From positions 1 to 64,000 of the forward strand of contig PDIP01000078.1 of NCBI GenBank assembly GCA_002811645.1: DNA of 64,000 nucleotides. Reading direction: 5' to 3'. Numbering within the stretch: position 1 is the stretch's first letter; every line of letters starts with the position of its first letter. The notes beneath the pieces were generated by a model. The model was not told the DNA's origin. It ran no database searches and saw only the letters and a program-made list of their open reading frames with translations. This DNA is from Corallochytrium limacisporum Hawaii. Lineage: Eukaryota > Protista > Pluriformea. Shown one piece after another: positions 9,742-21,282 of this stretch. Position numbers and translations under genes: made by a program.

Positions 9742-10743
9742 TCAATGGCCTTTGCTTTTGAGTTGAGCGTCAGTCCAAGTCCACAGACTCGCGGCAAGGT
9801 CCGGATCCCTACTTTGTTGCGAACGGGGTTGTCCGACCACAGTGTCTGCGTAGTATCCGCCACCTACCAACTCATCGGAGGGTGCGAGGCCGCAGTAGAG
9901 CTGAGTACGGGCTCCATTGTCTGAGGATTTGAGCATGCTTATTAGCATATCGCGACCCGGAAAAGTAGGATAGTTCCGGAAGAAATCTGTAGACACTCCG
10001 CCAGGATGGGCACTGTAGAAGTGCACACCGCTCGCCCCGTATCGCTTCTCGCCCTCTATCGCGTGTAGAACATTGGCCAACTTAGCATTCCCGTATTGGG
10101 CCATCGGGTCCCACGAGCGGCGTTCATACTGCATGTCGTCCCACTGCCAGTCGGCGATCAAGTGTCCGGCAGATGAAGTGTTGATCACTCTGGATGGTTG
10201 GGAGGCTTGTAGGGTAGGAATAAGTTTCTTTGTTAGTGTGTGGGTTCCGATTTGGCACACTCCAAAAATGGTCTCGAATCCATCCTTTGTGAACGTTCTA
10301 TCCATAAGACAAAGACCAGCATTGTTGAAGAGAACATGCAAGGGCCGCTTAGACCGCTTATAGCGCTCAACAAACTCTGCGATGCTGCTCAGATCTGCAA
10401 GGTCCAGTTGCTCAAATGTGACGGAGCCTTTCTGATCCACTGTCTTCAATGATTTCTTGATCTGTGCCACTGCTTTTTCACCCCTATTTTTGTTTCTGCA
10501 CGCAAGGATCACATCCCAGCCATGGCAAGCAAGGTAAAGTGCAGTTGAGTACCCAAGACCGGTATTTGCTCCAGTTACGACGGCGGTTGGAGGCCCATTG
10601 GCAGGCTTCCAGAAGGTGTCATTCGTCTCAAGGGTGGTTAGATTATCACCATAGATTAGCTGGCCTGCCCTCAGGCACCATTCCCTGACAGCACCGTACG
10701 CCAAACCAGTGTATCCATACTCATAGAAGCACTCACCGCTCAT
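9742..10743 (-). CDS. Short-chain dehydrogenase/reductase, retinol dehydrogenase (RDH11/12/14)/WWOX-like
   Basis: 333 aa; TGANTGLG, ACRN, LDLADL, NNAG, TKDGFE, SSAGH, YGNAKLAN, HPGGV, GARTQLY. Confidence 0.92.
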   Translation of the reverse strand: MSGECFYEYGYTGLAYGAVREWCLRAGQLIYGDNLTTLETNDTFWKPANGPPTAVVTGANTGLGYSTALYLACHGWDVILACRNKNRGEKAVAQIKKSLKTVDQKGSVTFEQLDLADLSSIAEFVERYKRSKRPLHVLFNNAGLCLMDRTFTKDGFETIFGVCQIGTHTLTKKLIPTLQASQPSRVINTSSAGHLIADWQWDDMQYERRSWDPMAQYGNAKLANVLHAIEGEKRYGASGVHFYSAHPGGVSTDFFRNYPTFPGRDMLISMLKSSDNGARTQLYCGLAPSDELVGGGYYADTVVGQPRSQQSRDPDLAASLWTWTDAQLKSKGH

Positions 10744-13700
10744 TGTTTCTCGGCTGTTTATTCTCTTAAGTTCCTAGTCGTGCGGGTCAAACCCAATTAA
10801 GTCAAGTGCCGCTTCTGTACCTTGCTAACGGAAATTATGACTCTTACCTAAGTCCGCAACGCGATTGCGAGCATCAGTGGGATGCTCTGACAATTGCACC
10901 GGGAAATAAACGGGTGCGAAACTATCGCCAACGACAAACTGACGGAGGATTCCGCAGGGCGCACTTACGAGAGAAGGGCGTCCACCGCAAGGCCAGCAGG
11001 ACAGCAGCGGTCGGCGTACCGGTGATGGGGACAGGAAGAAAGATCTTTGCATATTCGAACCCAGGCCATCTCCTCACTGTCCTTCCTCGGTGTGCCCCCG
11101 GGGGGGCTATTGAAATGTGCGCTGTGAACCCGGAGGCCGATGGCAGCGGGGGATCCCGTTGGGTGTAAAAATATGCGGACGGCAAGTACGAAACAAAAAG
11201 GAGCGAGCGACGGTGCCGGGAGGCGTCGTTTGTACCGCAGCGATGGCGGGAAGGCCCGGGGCGGGGTCCCTCGACGGCACAGAATGTATTGTCACTTTAC
11301 TGAAGGTGATCAACTATGTTTTGTGCTCTACCACGGAGAGTGACTCATCGGGAGAAATATTCCGGCCCCTATGTGTACCGAAAAGGAAGGAAATTTCTAG
11401 GGCAATCCGCCCGAAAATGGAAAGGCGCAGAACACACTGGATCCAGATGTTGACTCGTCTTGTAGACGGACCATGGGGACACCCACGTGGATACTCTGCG
11501 ACTACAAGATGCCCATCGATGCTGGAAAATCCGCAGGACAGTCTTTCGCACTCCCAACAATTCAATCGGTTAATGGGAGTCTAATTGGGGGTGTTTTCCG
11601 CGCTCGCCCACTCGTCCCTCTACACTGTTCGTTATCTTCGTGTGGGGTGGGGTGGGAGGAGGAACGAAGCAACCTCGAGGGAAGGAGAGGGAAGGAGGGG
11701 GGGGGGCCAGGCGGCCGCAGCGGGACCTTGGCGCATGCAAAATACCGACACCCATAAATGTATTGATATGTGTGTGTGCCGGGCTGGCCCTAAGAAGTGG
11801 ACGTCTGGATCCTGCGCACCAGCAAAGAACAACGTTGTGGGCCACGACCCAGCACAGGTGGTGTTATCTGTCACACAACGACATTTGTGACATCAATGGT
11901 ACGTCATAAGAGGCAGGTCGGCGTGAGGACAATGCTTGTTCTGTGGCTCACTTACTGTAAATAGGCACATATAAAATTTCAAATTGTGTTCAAGTGTATG
12001 TGGCGTGCTTTAGCTCTTACCACCTGATCGTGCGCTCCCCGATCGACCTCATGTATGGCAAAGACTTGCCCTAGGTGTCCCAACAAATGGCTCTCCAACA
12101 GTACAACTGGCTGGTGATGTATGAATAATGTGTGGCGTCACGACACAGCAGCCAATGAAGTGCAAGAGAATGCCTTTGTGTGGATAGCTCATACGCACCG
12201 TTGTCCGGTCCCATCCATGTAGTTCACTCACGACAACCAAAGTGTCAATGTGTATGTTTGCCTCATGTCGGCACATGCAAGGGCAGTTTCGCCGTTTGTG
12301 CACAAAAGTTGGTGGCCACTTCCGATGCACTCCTCATGCGCCCCTTCCACGTGCCTGCCAAAAACTCTCAACTTCTAAACACCACCAACGAAGGAGTGTG
12401 ATTCTACGAGGAGTAGGGATTCGCACAGTACGACATTCGTACCTTTTTTGTGTTTGTTTATTAGGTGAATTACATACACGGCCCGCCGGCGCCGGATACG
12501 TGCTCTGGATTCGACCATAGCAAATTTTCGATTACCGCTATGTACCATAGGGTACATTCCGTGGCAATCTTGTCCTCCGATACCAACTGCAATGATCCCC
12601 TGAACGCACGTAGCACCACTCGGCAGAAGAATGGATACCTCCGCGCTTAGTGTGTCCCCTGCCCCCCCCCCGGAGGGGGGGGGCGCGGGCATCGAGGTGG
12701 TAATATGCACACTTTGCCCATGCGTGTGCCGCATTTCAATAGGTATACAGCAGTTTGGTGCTCTGGTCTTGCGCAGACGAGTACGGTTCTCGTTAGGTAC
12801 CAGTGGGTTGACCCTATCCTTGTTACGATCTATCTCTGCTTCTTGTCCGCATTTCCTTTCTCACACATGTGACACCATTGGACGATAAAAAAAACTTAGG
12901 TGGGTTTCAGTGGAGTCCTATCTTTCGGGTTCATTCAGTACCGAGTTCCGGTCCACAGCGGCTTTTCTCACACGTCCGAGTGGCGTCTGTGTGTTTGGTT
13001 TGGGGTGGGTGGGGATTGCCGGTGGGTGCTGGAAGCCGTGGACCGCAGGGCAGATTCTTGTGGGTACTTCGCATCAACTCGCACTACTTAGCCACGGCTG
13101 AGAGAGAGAGCGGTCAGAAAAGCCATCCCTGCTCCTGGAAAAGTAAAAAGAAAAAAGAAAAAAGAAAAAGGAAAAAAACCCAAGCGGGGAAACGGGGGNN
13201 NNNNNNNNNNNNNNNNNNNNNNNNNNNNNNNNNNNNNNNNNNNNNNNNNNNNNNNNNNNNNNNNNNNNNNNNNNNNNNNNNNNNNNNNNNNNNNNNNNNN
13301 NNNNNNNNNNNNNNNNNNNNNNNNNNNNNNNNNNNNNNNNNNNNNNNNNNNNNNNNNNNNNNNNNNNNNNNNNNNNNNNNNNNNNNNNNNNNNNNNNNNN
13401 NNNNNNNNNNNNNNNNNNNNNNNNNNNNNNNNGGGGGGCGGGGACGGTGGTTGTATCCCGGGGCGAAAACCAAAGGAAAAAAAAAGGAAAGAATAAAGAC
13501 ACCATTGCAAAAAATGGGGAAGAAACGAAGAGGGGGCACCCCGGGGGGGGGGGAAGGGGGTTTCTAGCGTGTGTGTTTTAAACCAAGGTTTTTTCCTTGG
13601 GTCATTGACAGCAACTATCGTCTCTGCTTGAATACGCCGGGGCTGAAGGAACCCCCCCGGGGGGGGGATCAAACGAAACGGTCTGCAGGAGACTGGGGCG

Positions 13701-14240
13701 GAGGTAAAAACTCTGACACCAAAAAAAAAAAAAACTCATGACGAGCCCACTCAAGGCACAGGGACTAAACGCCTCCTCCCGCGGGTCGTTTATCGCGAAG
13801 TGGCCCCTTTTCTTATACGAATCATTGGGCAGAGTTGGCGAAGAAATCGCGTTCCCGGACAAGTTCGTGGTATTGCGTTCAGGAAAACCGCTGGGGACAG
13901 TCTGGCGGGGAGGGGGGAAGGGTGCCAGGGTAAGGACACCTAAAACTGAGCACGATAAGGATGCCAACGTGACCGGCTTTCCGGAATCACCCGGTGCTGC
14001 TGGCTGCTCCGCATGTGTCTTTGATCAACATATTTTCTGACGCCATGTTTCCTAATATTCTATTGTCCAATTGTCTGGCTCGATCCACGTCAATAAGCAG
14101 TCTAACCTGTGAGCATACTGGTACTCAAATTCTCGAAGCCATGACTTCCCGCGACAATAACTTGAATATCCCATGCACTCACACAGATTGATAGTCAGCT
14201 TAAGTTACATTTTTGTGAGTTACACATATTATAAGCAACC

Positions 14241-15962
14241 ATGACAGTCAACGTGGGTGGTCTTGTCAGTATAGCCGTCTTCTATCTGATCATCCTGGGC
14301 GTTGGTCTCTGGGCCGCCCGGAAGAAGAAGGCGGATTCCCAGACCGAGGACATTATCCTCGCGGGTCGGTCGATTAGTTTCTTTGTCGGTGCATTCACCA
14401 TGACAGCGACCTGGGTCGGTGGTGCTTATATCAATGGTACTGCTGAGGCCGTTGCACAGGGAGACCAAGGTCAAGGTCTTGTTTGGGCCCAGGCTCCATG
14501 GGGCTACGCTCTGTCCCTCGTGATTGGTGGTACATTCTACGCAGGAAAAATGCGCAGTGCAGGCTACATGACCATGCTTGATCCTTTTGTCCATCGCTTT
14601 GGTGATGGTATGGCTGGCTTGCTCTTTATTCCTGCCGTGCTCGGAGAGACGTTCTGGTCCGCTGCGATTCTCAATGCTCTGGGAGCCACCGTCTCCGTAA
14701 TTATTGAACTGAACCGCGAGACTTCCGTCATTGTCTCTGCCGCAATTGCCCTTTGCTATACGATGGTTGGTGGTCTGTATTCCGTAGCCTACACAGATGT
14801 TATTCAGCTTGCCTGCATCTTTGTTGGTTTGTGGTTGGCGGTGCCGTTTGTGCTGACCAGTGACGACGTGGGAAAGCTGAGCAATGAACCCCAATCCTGG
14901 CTCGGTACCTGGGAGAGTGACCAGACCTGGGTTTGGCTGGACTATGCTCTGCTCCTGATCTGCGGTGGTATTCCATGGCAGGTCTACTTCCAACGGGTGC
15001 TCAGCGCAAAGGATGCCAGGGCCGCTCGCTTCCTGTCCTATTTTGCTGCTGTCGGTGCCATTGTCATGGCCATACCTGCGGTGCTGATCGGTGCTGCGGC
15101 CTCCAAGGCTGACTGGATCGCGGCCGGTACCTCGGACAAGTTCGTCAATCCGGACAACACTCTGAAGGACTACACTCTAACCCTACCGCTAGTGCTCCAG
15201 GAACTGACTCCGGAAGTTGTGGCAATTATTGGTCTGGGATCTGTGTCAGCAGCCGTAATGAGCTCTGCTGATTCTTCCATGCTCTCTGCGTCCTCCCTTT
15301 TCAGCTGGAATGTCTACCGCCCGTTGCGCAAGGCTATATCCGGGAATGAACCTTCGGAGAAAGAGCTAATCTGGGCCATCCGCGGCGCCATGGTCATTGT
15401 CGGCTCTCTGGCCACTGTCATGGCCCTGACCATTGACACCATCTACGGTTTGTGGTATCTGTGCTCCGACTTGGTCTACTGTATCTTGTTCCCCCAGCTG
15501 ACCACTGTGCTCTACTACTCCAAGGCAAATACTTACGGCAGCGCAGCTGGCTACCTCGTGGGCGCTCTCTTGCGTTTCGGTGGCGGTGAGCCCCTGGTGG
15601 ATCTGCCGCCGTTTATTTACTACCCAGGTTACAAGGACGGTGAGCAAATGTTCCCATTCCGCACCCTGGCCATGGCGTGCTCCCTTGTTACGATCCTGGT
15701 GGTCAGCTGGGCCACCCACCAGCTCTACGAAAGGGACATCATCAATGAGGACAATGACTTCTTCGGTGCATTCTTCAGCGACAGTGAAAGTCGCAAGGCT
15801 TCGCTGTTCTCGAGATCTCGGGTGGACAGCAGCCAACTCTGGGAATCCAAGGCACCGAGCAAGACTGACGAGCAAGTGTTCAACGATGCTATTGATAAGA
15901 GTTACGCTCCTGCCAGCGGCAGTCTAGAGAACACCTCCAGCTCTAGCAACTCCATAGCATAG
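14241..15962 (+). CDS. SLC5A7: High-affinity Na+/choline transporter (SLC5A7/CHT1 family)
   Basis: 573 aa; FTMTATWVGGAYINGTAE, WAQAPWGYALSL, GGLYSVAYTDVIQL, GGIPWQVYFQRVLS, SAAVMSSADSS, FPFRTLAM, all typical of CHT1. Confidence 0.9.
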   Translation: MTVNVGGLVSIAVFYLIILGVGLWAARKKKADSQTEDIILAGRSISFFVGAFTMTATWVGGAYINGTAEAVAQGDQGQGLVWAQAPWGYALSLVIGGTFYAGKMRSAGYMTMLDPFVHRFGDGMAGLLFIPAVLGETFWSAAILNALGATVSVIIELNRETSVIVSAAIALCYTMVGGLYSVAYTDVIQLACIFVGLWLAVPFVLTSDDVGKLSNEPQSWLGTWESDQTWVWLDYALLLICGGIPWQVYFQRVLSAKDARAARFLSYFAAVGAIVMAIPAVLIGAAASKADWIAAGTSDKFVNPDNTLKDYTLTLPLVLQELTPEVVAIIGLGSVSAAVMSSADSSMLSASSLFSWNVYRPLRKAISGNEPSEKELIWAIRGAMVIVGSLATVMALTIDTIYGLWYLCSDLVYCILFPQLTTVLYYSKANTYGSAAGYLVGALLRFGGGEPLVDLPPFIYYPGYKDGEQMFPFRTLAMACSLVTILVVSWATHQLYERDIINEDNDFFGAFFSDSESRKASLFSRSRVDSSQLWESKAPSKTDEQVFNDAIDKSYAPASGSLENTSSSSNSIA

Positions 15963-16184
15963 GGTACAACCTACGTCCTTTTCGATGGCATTACGCAAGT
16001 GAAAAGTATGTATCAGAAAAAACACATGCAGCAAAAAAAAACAGAATAGCTTAGTAAAAATAGTATTCAGTAGATAGCTTCAAAGCATACTCATCACTTG
16101 TTGATCTAGCTGTATTCCTTTCTTCCCTTCACCACAGCAAGGCACCAAACTTTGAGACTGCTCCGGTGACATTCATCTGTTCCT

Positions 16185-19022
16185 CTATTCCTCCATTAAT
16201 GCAATTCCAGAGTCCGAATCCGAGTCTGGCTGTTGCTTTTCCGACGACGCTAGTAATCCCAGATGCTCCAGCAGGGCCTCGATCGACGTGAAGCTTAGTT
16301 GGCGGTTGCGTGCTTGAGCGTCGGCTTGGGGGCTACCGCCAGGGTAGAGCCAGGCGTTGTGGAAGACGCCATAAGCCGGCATAGTAAACTGCCCCAGGTC
16401 CAGCGCATTGGCGGACGAAAGTATGGCAGGCACGGTAGGGGATGCCGCGTTGTCGGAGATCATTTCCTGTGACAGATCAACGTGGTGGCTACAGTGGCTC
16501 AGATACGGTAGAGGGGTCAGGCGCGTGTTCTCTTCGCAGGTCACGTCCACCACGAACGGACGCAAGGGTCCAACAGTCCGCGTAGAGGCAGCCAGCGAAG
16601 GATTCTTCTCCATTTCCAGGCGCAGACGCTCTTGCGCACGCCGTGTCGCAGCCACAGCTCTCTGTAGCGATGAGTCTCTGTTTGCTGCACTACTTTTCTT
16701 GTAGACAATGACGGCGATGGTGATGTCGTCATGTAGATTCCTTCGTTTGTCATCAATTTCTGACGGCAGGTGCACCACAGATGCCACGCGGTCGTCTGGA
16801 GAGTTGCCGATGCCGCGGCAGGCGAGGGCATGATATAGCAGGACGCTGGCGGCGTTGTAGCCCCAGCCACGGAGCCTTTCGCATTCCTCCATGAGCAGAT
16901 GGTGGCGGTTGTGGAAGTCATATACACTGTCAATAGCCTGCGGTGGTCGTTCGATCTCACCCCCAGCTCCAACCGCACGGCTGTCATGTTCCCCTTCTTG
17001 ATCTCCGAGGACAAATTTCCGCAGCACTGGCGATGAGCGCAGTCCCATGACTCCAGAGCGGCCAATATCCTTACCTGGACCCGCACTCTGCCGGACTGAT
17101 GCGAGGTAGGCGTGCACAATCTGTACTGCTTCTTCGTTGCTCAGAATCTCCCACAGTCCGTCCGTTGCCAGGATTACAAATTCCGTTTCTTCGATCATTT
17201 CCGTGGTCGGACGCTGCGGTGGCTGGAGGCTGTCCGCGGCTTTGCTCTTGGCTGTGCCAAAGTCCAAAGCACCCCTGACGCGCACGCGATTGGTGTGTCC
17301 GAAATGGTACACTTCGGGAATGGCTGTAAGGTACGGTGGATCCCACGGGAAGGGGTTCATACGGTCCGCACCCCGGGCTCGCAAGTTGCCCAAACGGATT
17401 TGCAGGGCTGCTTCCCAGTGCGGCAAACAGAGACCCGATTTGTATGCCATGTCACCAATGCTCCTGGACGGTTGCATCATCCATCCCTTGACTCTACGGC
17501 TACGCCATTTTCCGCGATCCTCTTCTGGGTGCAGGCGGCCATAGCGCGCGTACTCTGTTGGGTTTTCGAGATCGTGGTCGCGGGTGATGGCCAGGGGAAC
17601 GAGCGCATTAAAGTCAACGAGGTGGAAGTTCATGCGGCTGCCCACGCTACTCCCACTGGGAACACCAGATGGTGCATCCGGGGCAATGTCACTATCTTGT
17701 GCATGGGCTTTGGATGTTCCGTGTCTACCACTGCTCTTGCCGCTCTTGCTGTCTGGTGATGATGTAGATGATGAGGAACCACTGCCACCTCCTGCTCCCA
17801 GCAGTTGCTTCGCGTACATGGCAATCCGCGCCATGGCTCCCTCCGCCTTAGCCTGCTTTGCCGCCACCCGCGCTTCGGCCAAACTCTCCTTCGACGCAAC
17901 TTTGGTGCGCACTTTGCCCATGACGGCACGACAGTCGCCGGCATTTGCAATGTGTGTTCGATCCTTGCCCACGACTGCAACGATTGCACACGCTCCGCTT
18001 CCGCAGGCACCGTGAGGTCCCGGAGCGATCGCTGACTTAATGCCACGAGCCGCGGATTCGTCCATGGCAACAGTCTCTCTGTTCGCTGTCTCTCCCAGCT
18101 GCGGCTGGTCTCCGTCTCCGTTTCCTTCGTCGGTATGGGCTATGACCACCGCAGGTTTCATGGCCGACGCTGCCGGTGCCAAGGCAGGCGCTGAGCCGCC
18201 GTGCGGAGCTCCGAGTGTGATAGCATGTGCCAGTGTCCAGGTCAGGTCTGCATCAACGAAAGCGTGGGTGAGCGCGTAATCTATGATTTGATCTGGTAGC
18301 CCGGTACTGGCGCTGCCGTTGTTCATCTGCAGCTCACGCACCTTCCGCGGGTCCACATTGAGGTGGGCCATACCGCTCGCGATATGGTCCATGCGCGCGC
18401 GGCAGAAGTGTCCGAGGTTAAGACTGCAGAAGTCTGCGCAGTCAGATCCCGCATGGCCATCATAAACACCGACGATGAGGCCATGGCGATGGCTCAAGCG
18501 AACTTCATGACGATCTTCGCTTTCGGAGTTGCCAGCGAAGCTAACAAAATGGACGCTCTGGGCTGCGCTGCCGTTCTCGCCCAAGAGATCGTCGATTGCT
18601 TGGTCTTCACTCTGAGTCGACGGGGATTTCTTGCGTTGGGCCTGTTCACCGCCTGCTCTGCTATTAGTGGTGCTGCTACCGCTGCTGGCCCCTGATCCCG
18701 CGCTGTCCCTTCTGCTGCCGAAATTAAATGAGTCGCTGGCTTGCAAACCAGGTTTGACCACGTAAATCCGAGCAACCCTATTCAAAGGCTCGTGCACACG
18801 GCTTTCATGGTCTTCAAAGCTCGTTCCTGCATTCACAGCCTTATTCAAGGGGATCTGTGCCTGGTCAAAGTAGCGGATCAATCGCTTGTTGCGCTGCTTT
18901 GTTGTTTGCGAGTTGCCCTCGTTGCGTGCATGTACGATTGGTAAGCTTCCGCCGGCTGCTGCTGCAACTGCAGATGCCAGCACTGCCGCAGCAAAATGTA
19001 GGGGCTTAAACGCTGTGCTCAT
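16185..19022 (-). CDS. PP2C/PPM phosphatase, pyruvate dehydrogenase phosphatase (PDP/Ptc5)-like, with long insertions
   Basis: 945 aa; SEDR, VYDGHAG, IANAGDCRAV, QPSRSIGD, PPYLTAIPEV, FVILATDGLWE, RRNLHDDIT. Confidence 0.88.
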   Translation of the reverse strand: MSTAFKPLHFAAAVLASAVAAAAGGSLPIVHARNEGNSQTTKQRNKRLIRYFDQAQIPLNKAVNAGTSFEDHESRVHEPLNRVARIYVVKPGLQASDSFNFGSRRDSAGSGASSGSSTTNSRAGGEQAQRKKSPSTQSEDQAIDDLLGENGSAAQSVHFVSFAGNSESEDRHEVRLSHRHGLIVGVYDGHAGSDCADFCSLNLGHFCRARMDHIASGMAHLNVDPRKVRELQMNNGSASTGLPDQIIDYALTHAFVDADLTWTLAHAITLGAPHGGSAPALAPAASAMKPAVVIAHTDEGNGDGDQPQLGETANRETVAMDESAARGIKSAIAPGPHGACGSGACAIVAVVGKDRTHIANAGDCRAVMGKVRTKVASKESLAEARVAAKQAKAEGAMARIAMYAKQLLGAGGGSGSSSSTSSPDSKSGKSSGRHGTSKAHAQDSDIAPDAPSGVPSGSSVGSRMNFHLVDFNALVPLAITRDHDLENPTEYARYGRLHPEEDRGKWRSRRVKGWMMQPSRSIGDMAYKSGLCLPHWEAALQIRLGNLRARGADRMNPFPWDPPYLTAIPEVYHFGHTNRVRVRGALDFGTAKSKAADSLQPPQRPTTEMIEETEFVILATDGLWEILSNEEAVQIVHAYLASVRQSAGPGKDIGRSGVMGLRSSPVLRKFVLGDQEGEHDSRAVGAGGEIERPPQAIDSVYDFHNRHHLLMEECERLRGWGYNAASVLLYHALACRGIGNSPDDRVASVVHLPSEIDDKRRNLHDDITIAVIVYKKSSAANRDSSLQRAVAATRRAQERLRLEMEKNPSLAASTRTVGPLRPFVVDVTCEENTRLTPLPYLSHCSHHVDLSQEMISDNAASPTVPAILSSANALDLGQFTMPAYGVFHNAWLYPGGSPQADAQARNRQLSFTSIEALLEHLGLLASSEKQQPDSDSDSGIALMEE

Positions 19023-21282
19023 GTCTAACTAAAGATTTTGGGTGGCTACTACTATCAACGACGTGTCATCCGAAGGCCATTGTTTTGTGTTGTGATTTCT
19101 TGTATTCCCCTGTCCTTGACCTAAGAAAATCACCAGCCCAATATTGATGGTGTAGGGTGCTGGTTACATCATGAATCACACTGCTGTAGTTGCCTCACTC
19201 GCCCCAAATCTTTAAGTAGGTCCACCAGCTGTGCCTGGAATGAACGACGGCAAGCACTGCTGACAATATCCCCTTCCACCTCCTCCCCCACCGGGACCGA
19301 TGCCCACGGGTCTCATTCGTCATCTCTTTACAGCCCAATTCCCCAACCAACCAACCCACCACCACCGCTTTCCTTCCCCATCCCAACCCGTCTGTGTGTG
19401 TGTGTGTGTGTGTTGTTATTTGCTCCCTTCGCCTTTGCCTCGTCTGCCACCCAAAGACCCGCCGTTTTTCGCTACGGACAGTTTTGGGCCTGGCGGTTCG
19501 GTCAACGCGGGCCGGAGCGGGGAGGGGAGCCAAAACATAAACATTGCAGCACCGGGGGAACAACAAAGGACCAACAAGCACACACAGACACGTAAAGACA
19601 CAAGGAGCATATATCATCCCGGCGGGCATCGCATGCACCGGATTGCTCCTGCGATGGTTGTGCATGTGTCTGTGTCAAAATTAAGTGGATGTTGATTGGC
19701 AACCGTTTCTTCTGTCCCGATGCATTCATGGCCCGGTTATCGCGATGGTAAAGAGCTTTCCTTTGACCGTGCGGCTCCGGATCACTTAAATGCTCTGACT
19801 TCACGAAACCCTATTTTTTTTTTCAGATCCAGTTGCACCAAACCCCGTGGACTGAAGGTGTCATTGCTCGTCGTTCGGACTCCTGTGTGTCCGTGCCTGT
19901 GCGCGACTGTGGAGATGTGTGCCCTGTGGGTCTCTGTACGTCAGTGTGCTCTCTGTGTCTGTGCACGCCTGTGTGTCTGTGTGCCTCTGTGGATATCTGT
20001 ACCCTGTGTGCTTCTGTATCTCAGTGTCCTTCCGGGTCCTTTGTGTGGTTTTGTATGTGGTTTGTGTGTGTGCTGTGGATGCCGGTTCTATTCGGTGCGC
20101 AGACGGGGACGATTGTAAGGGAATGGTTGAAACAGGTCCCCTTCGTTGATTTATTTTGATTCAATACCAATGTCCTCGTATGGTCCTATCATACAGTCGC
20201 TGAAATAAATTTCACAAGAAGTTGCCATACATTACTAAAGGGCAGCATCAACAAATGATCATGTCAAGAATCAGTGCGCACGTTTTGCCATGTCTCCAAC
20301 GCCACCGTCAGGTTACCAGCTTAGGATCGTGTTCCCATGTGTCTTCTGCTCACAGTCAGCATCGAAGATCACCATTTGCTCTCCCATCGTAATCCTGGAC
20401 CCGACCCTGATCAGCCCATCCTCCTCACACAAACCACCACCACCGCCCCCCTCTTCACTTTTTCCACAGGGGGGGGGGCACCATCCCCACCCGTGACAGT
20501 GGTTGTAATCCCGGAAGAATTTTTTACAGTGTCCTTTCTTAGGAAAATTTTCAGGTTCTGGGCTGTAGTGTGTGTGTGCGTGCGGTTGCTCGGGCACCGC
20601 TCTTTAATACCGTCTGAGGTGTGCTGATTTAGGGCCCATATTTTTTTTTTTTTTTTTGCTTCCTTCTCTTCCTTTCCGGGTTGGCTTCCGTTATATAGTT
20701 CTTCCTTAGCGCCACAATCCTTTCTCGTCGGTCGTTTGCTTCTCGAACTCTCGCCCCCGCGGGGAGAGAGATCCGTGGAATGGCGTGAAAGCCGGAGAGG
20801 GTCCGGTCGGGCGCTCGGTTCAGGGAAGGAGCGGAATGCGTACAATTCGTCCCGTTCTCCCGGGGTCACCGGCCCACCTGGTGATTGGGGGTGGGTTGTC
20901 TCAGGGACTTTGCGTGTCGTTCGTGTTGTGGCGGTCATGTTCTTCGTTGGTTTGCATTACTCGGATTGCTCATTTGGACGCTGGTGTTGTGTCGTATCAC
21001 TTGAGAGTCCAATTTTGTACATTGCGGGGCATCATTGGCCATGATCAACGAGTCTGCTTCTATTGCAGTGACTGGTTTAGGTATTTAAGGTGACGTAGGC
21101 ATAAACTATTGAACAATCGGGGCGGTTGCGAACAGGATATGTGCGTAAGGAAATTTTGGGTGCGCAAAAAGGTTCCACTCTGGCTCAAGAAAGGATATAC
21201 CATTAAGTCACCAGGTGGATTGCTTTGTAATAGCTGGTCAACAGTCGCTCCTTTGAAATTTCTAGGTTATTGGATAATTGCC

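Noticed and set aside
11050-11068. GGGTTCGAAT on the minus strand, like a tRNA T-loop or B-box
   Set aside because: The T-stem does not pair and no cloverleaf forms.
10806-14191. Many short ORFs in the 3.5-kb divergent spacer
   Set aside because: No recognisable domains; several are driven by homopolymers or N-runs.
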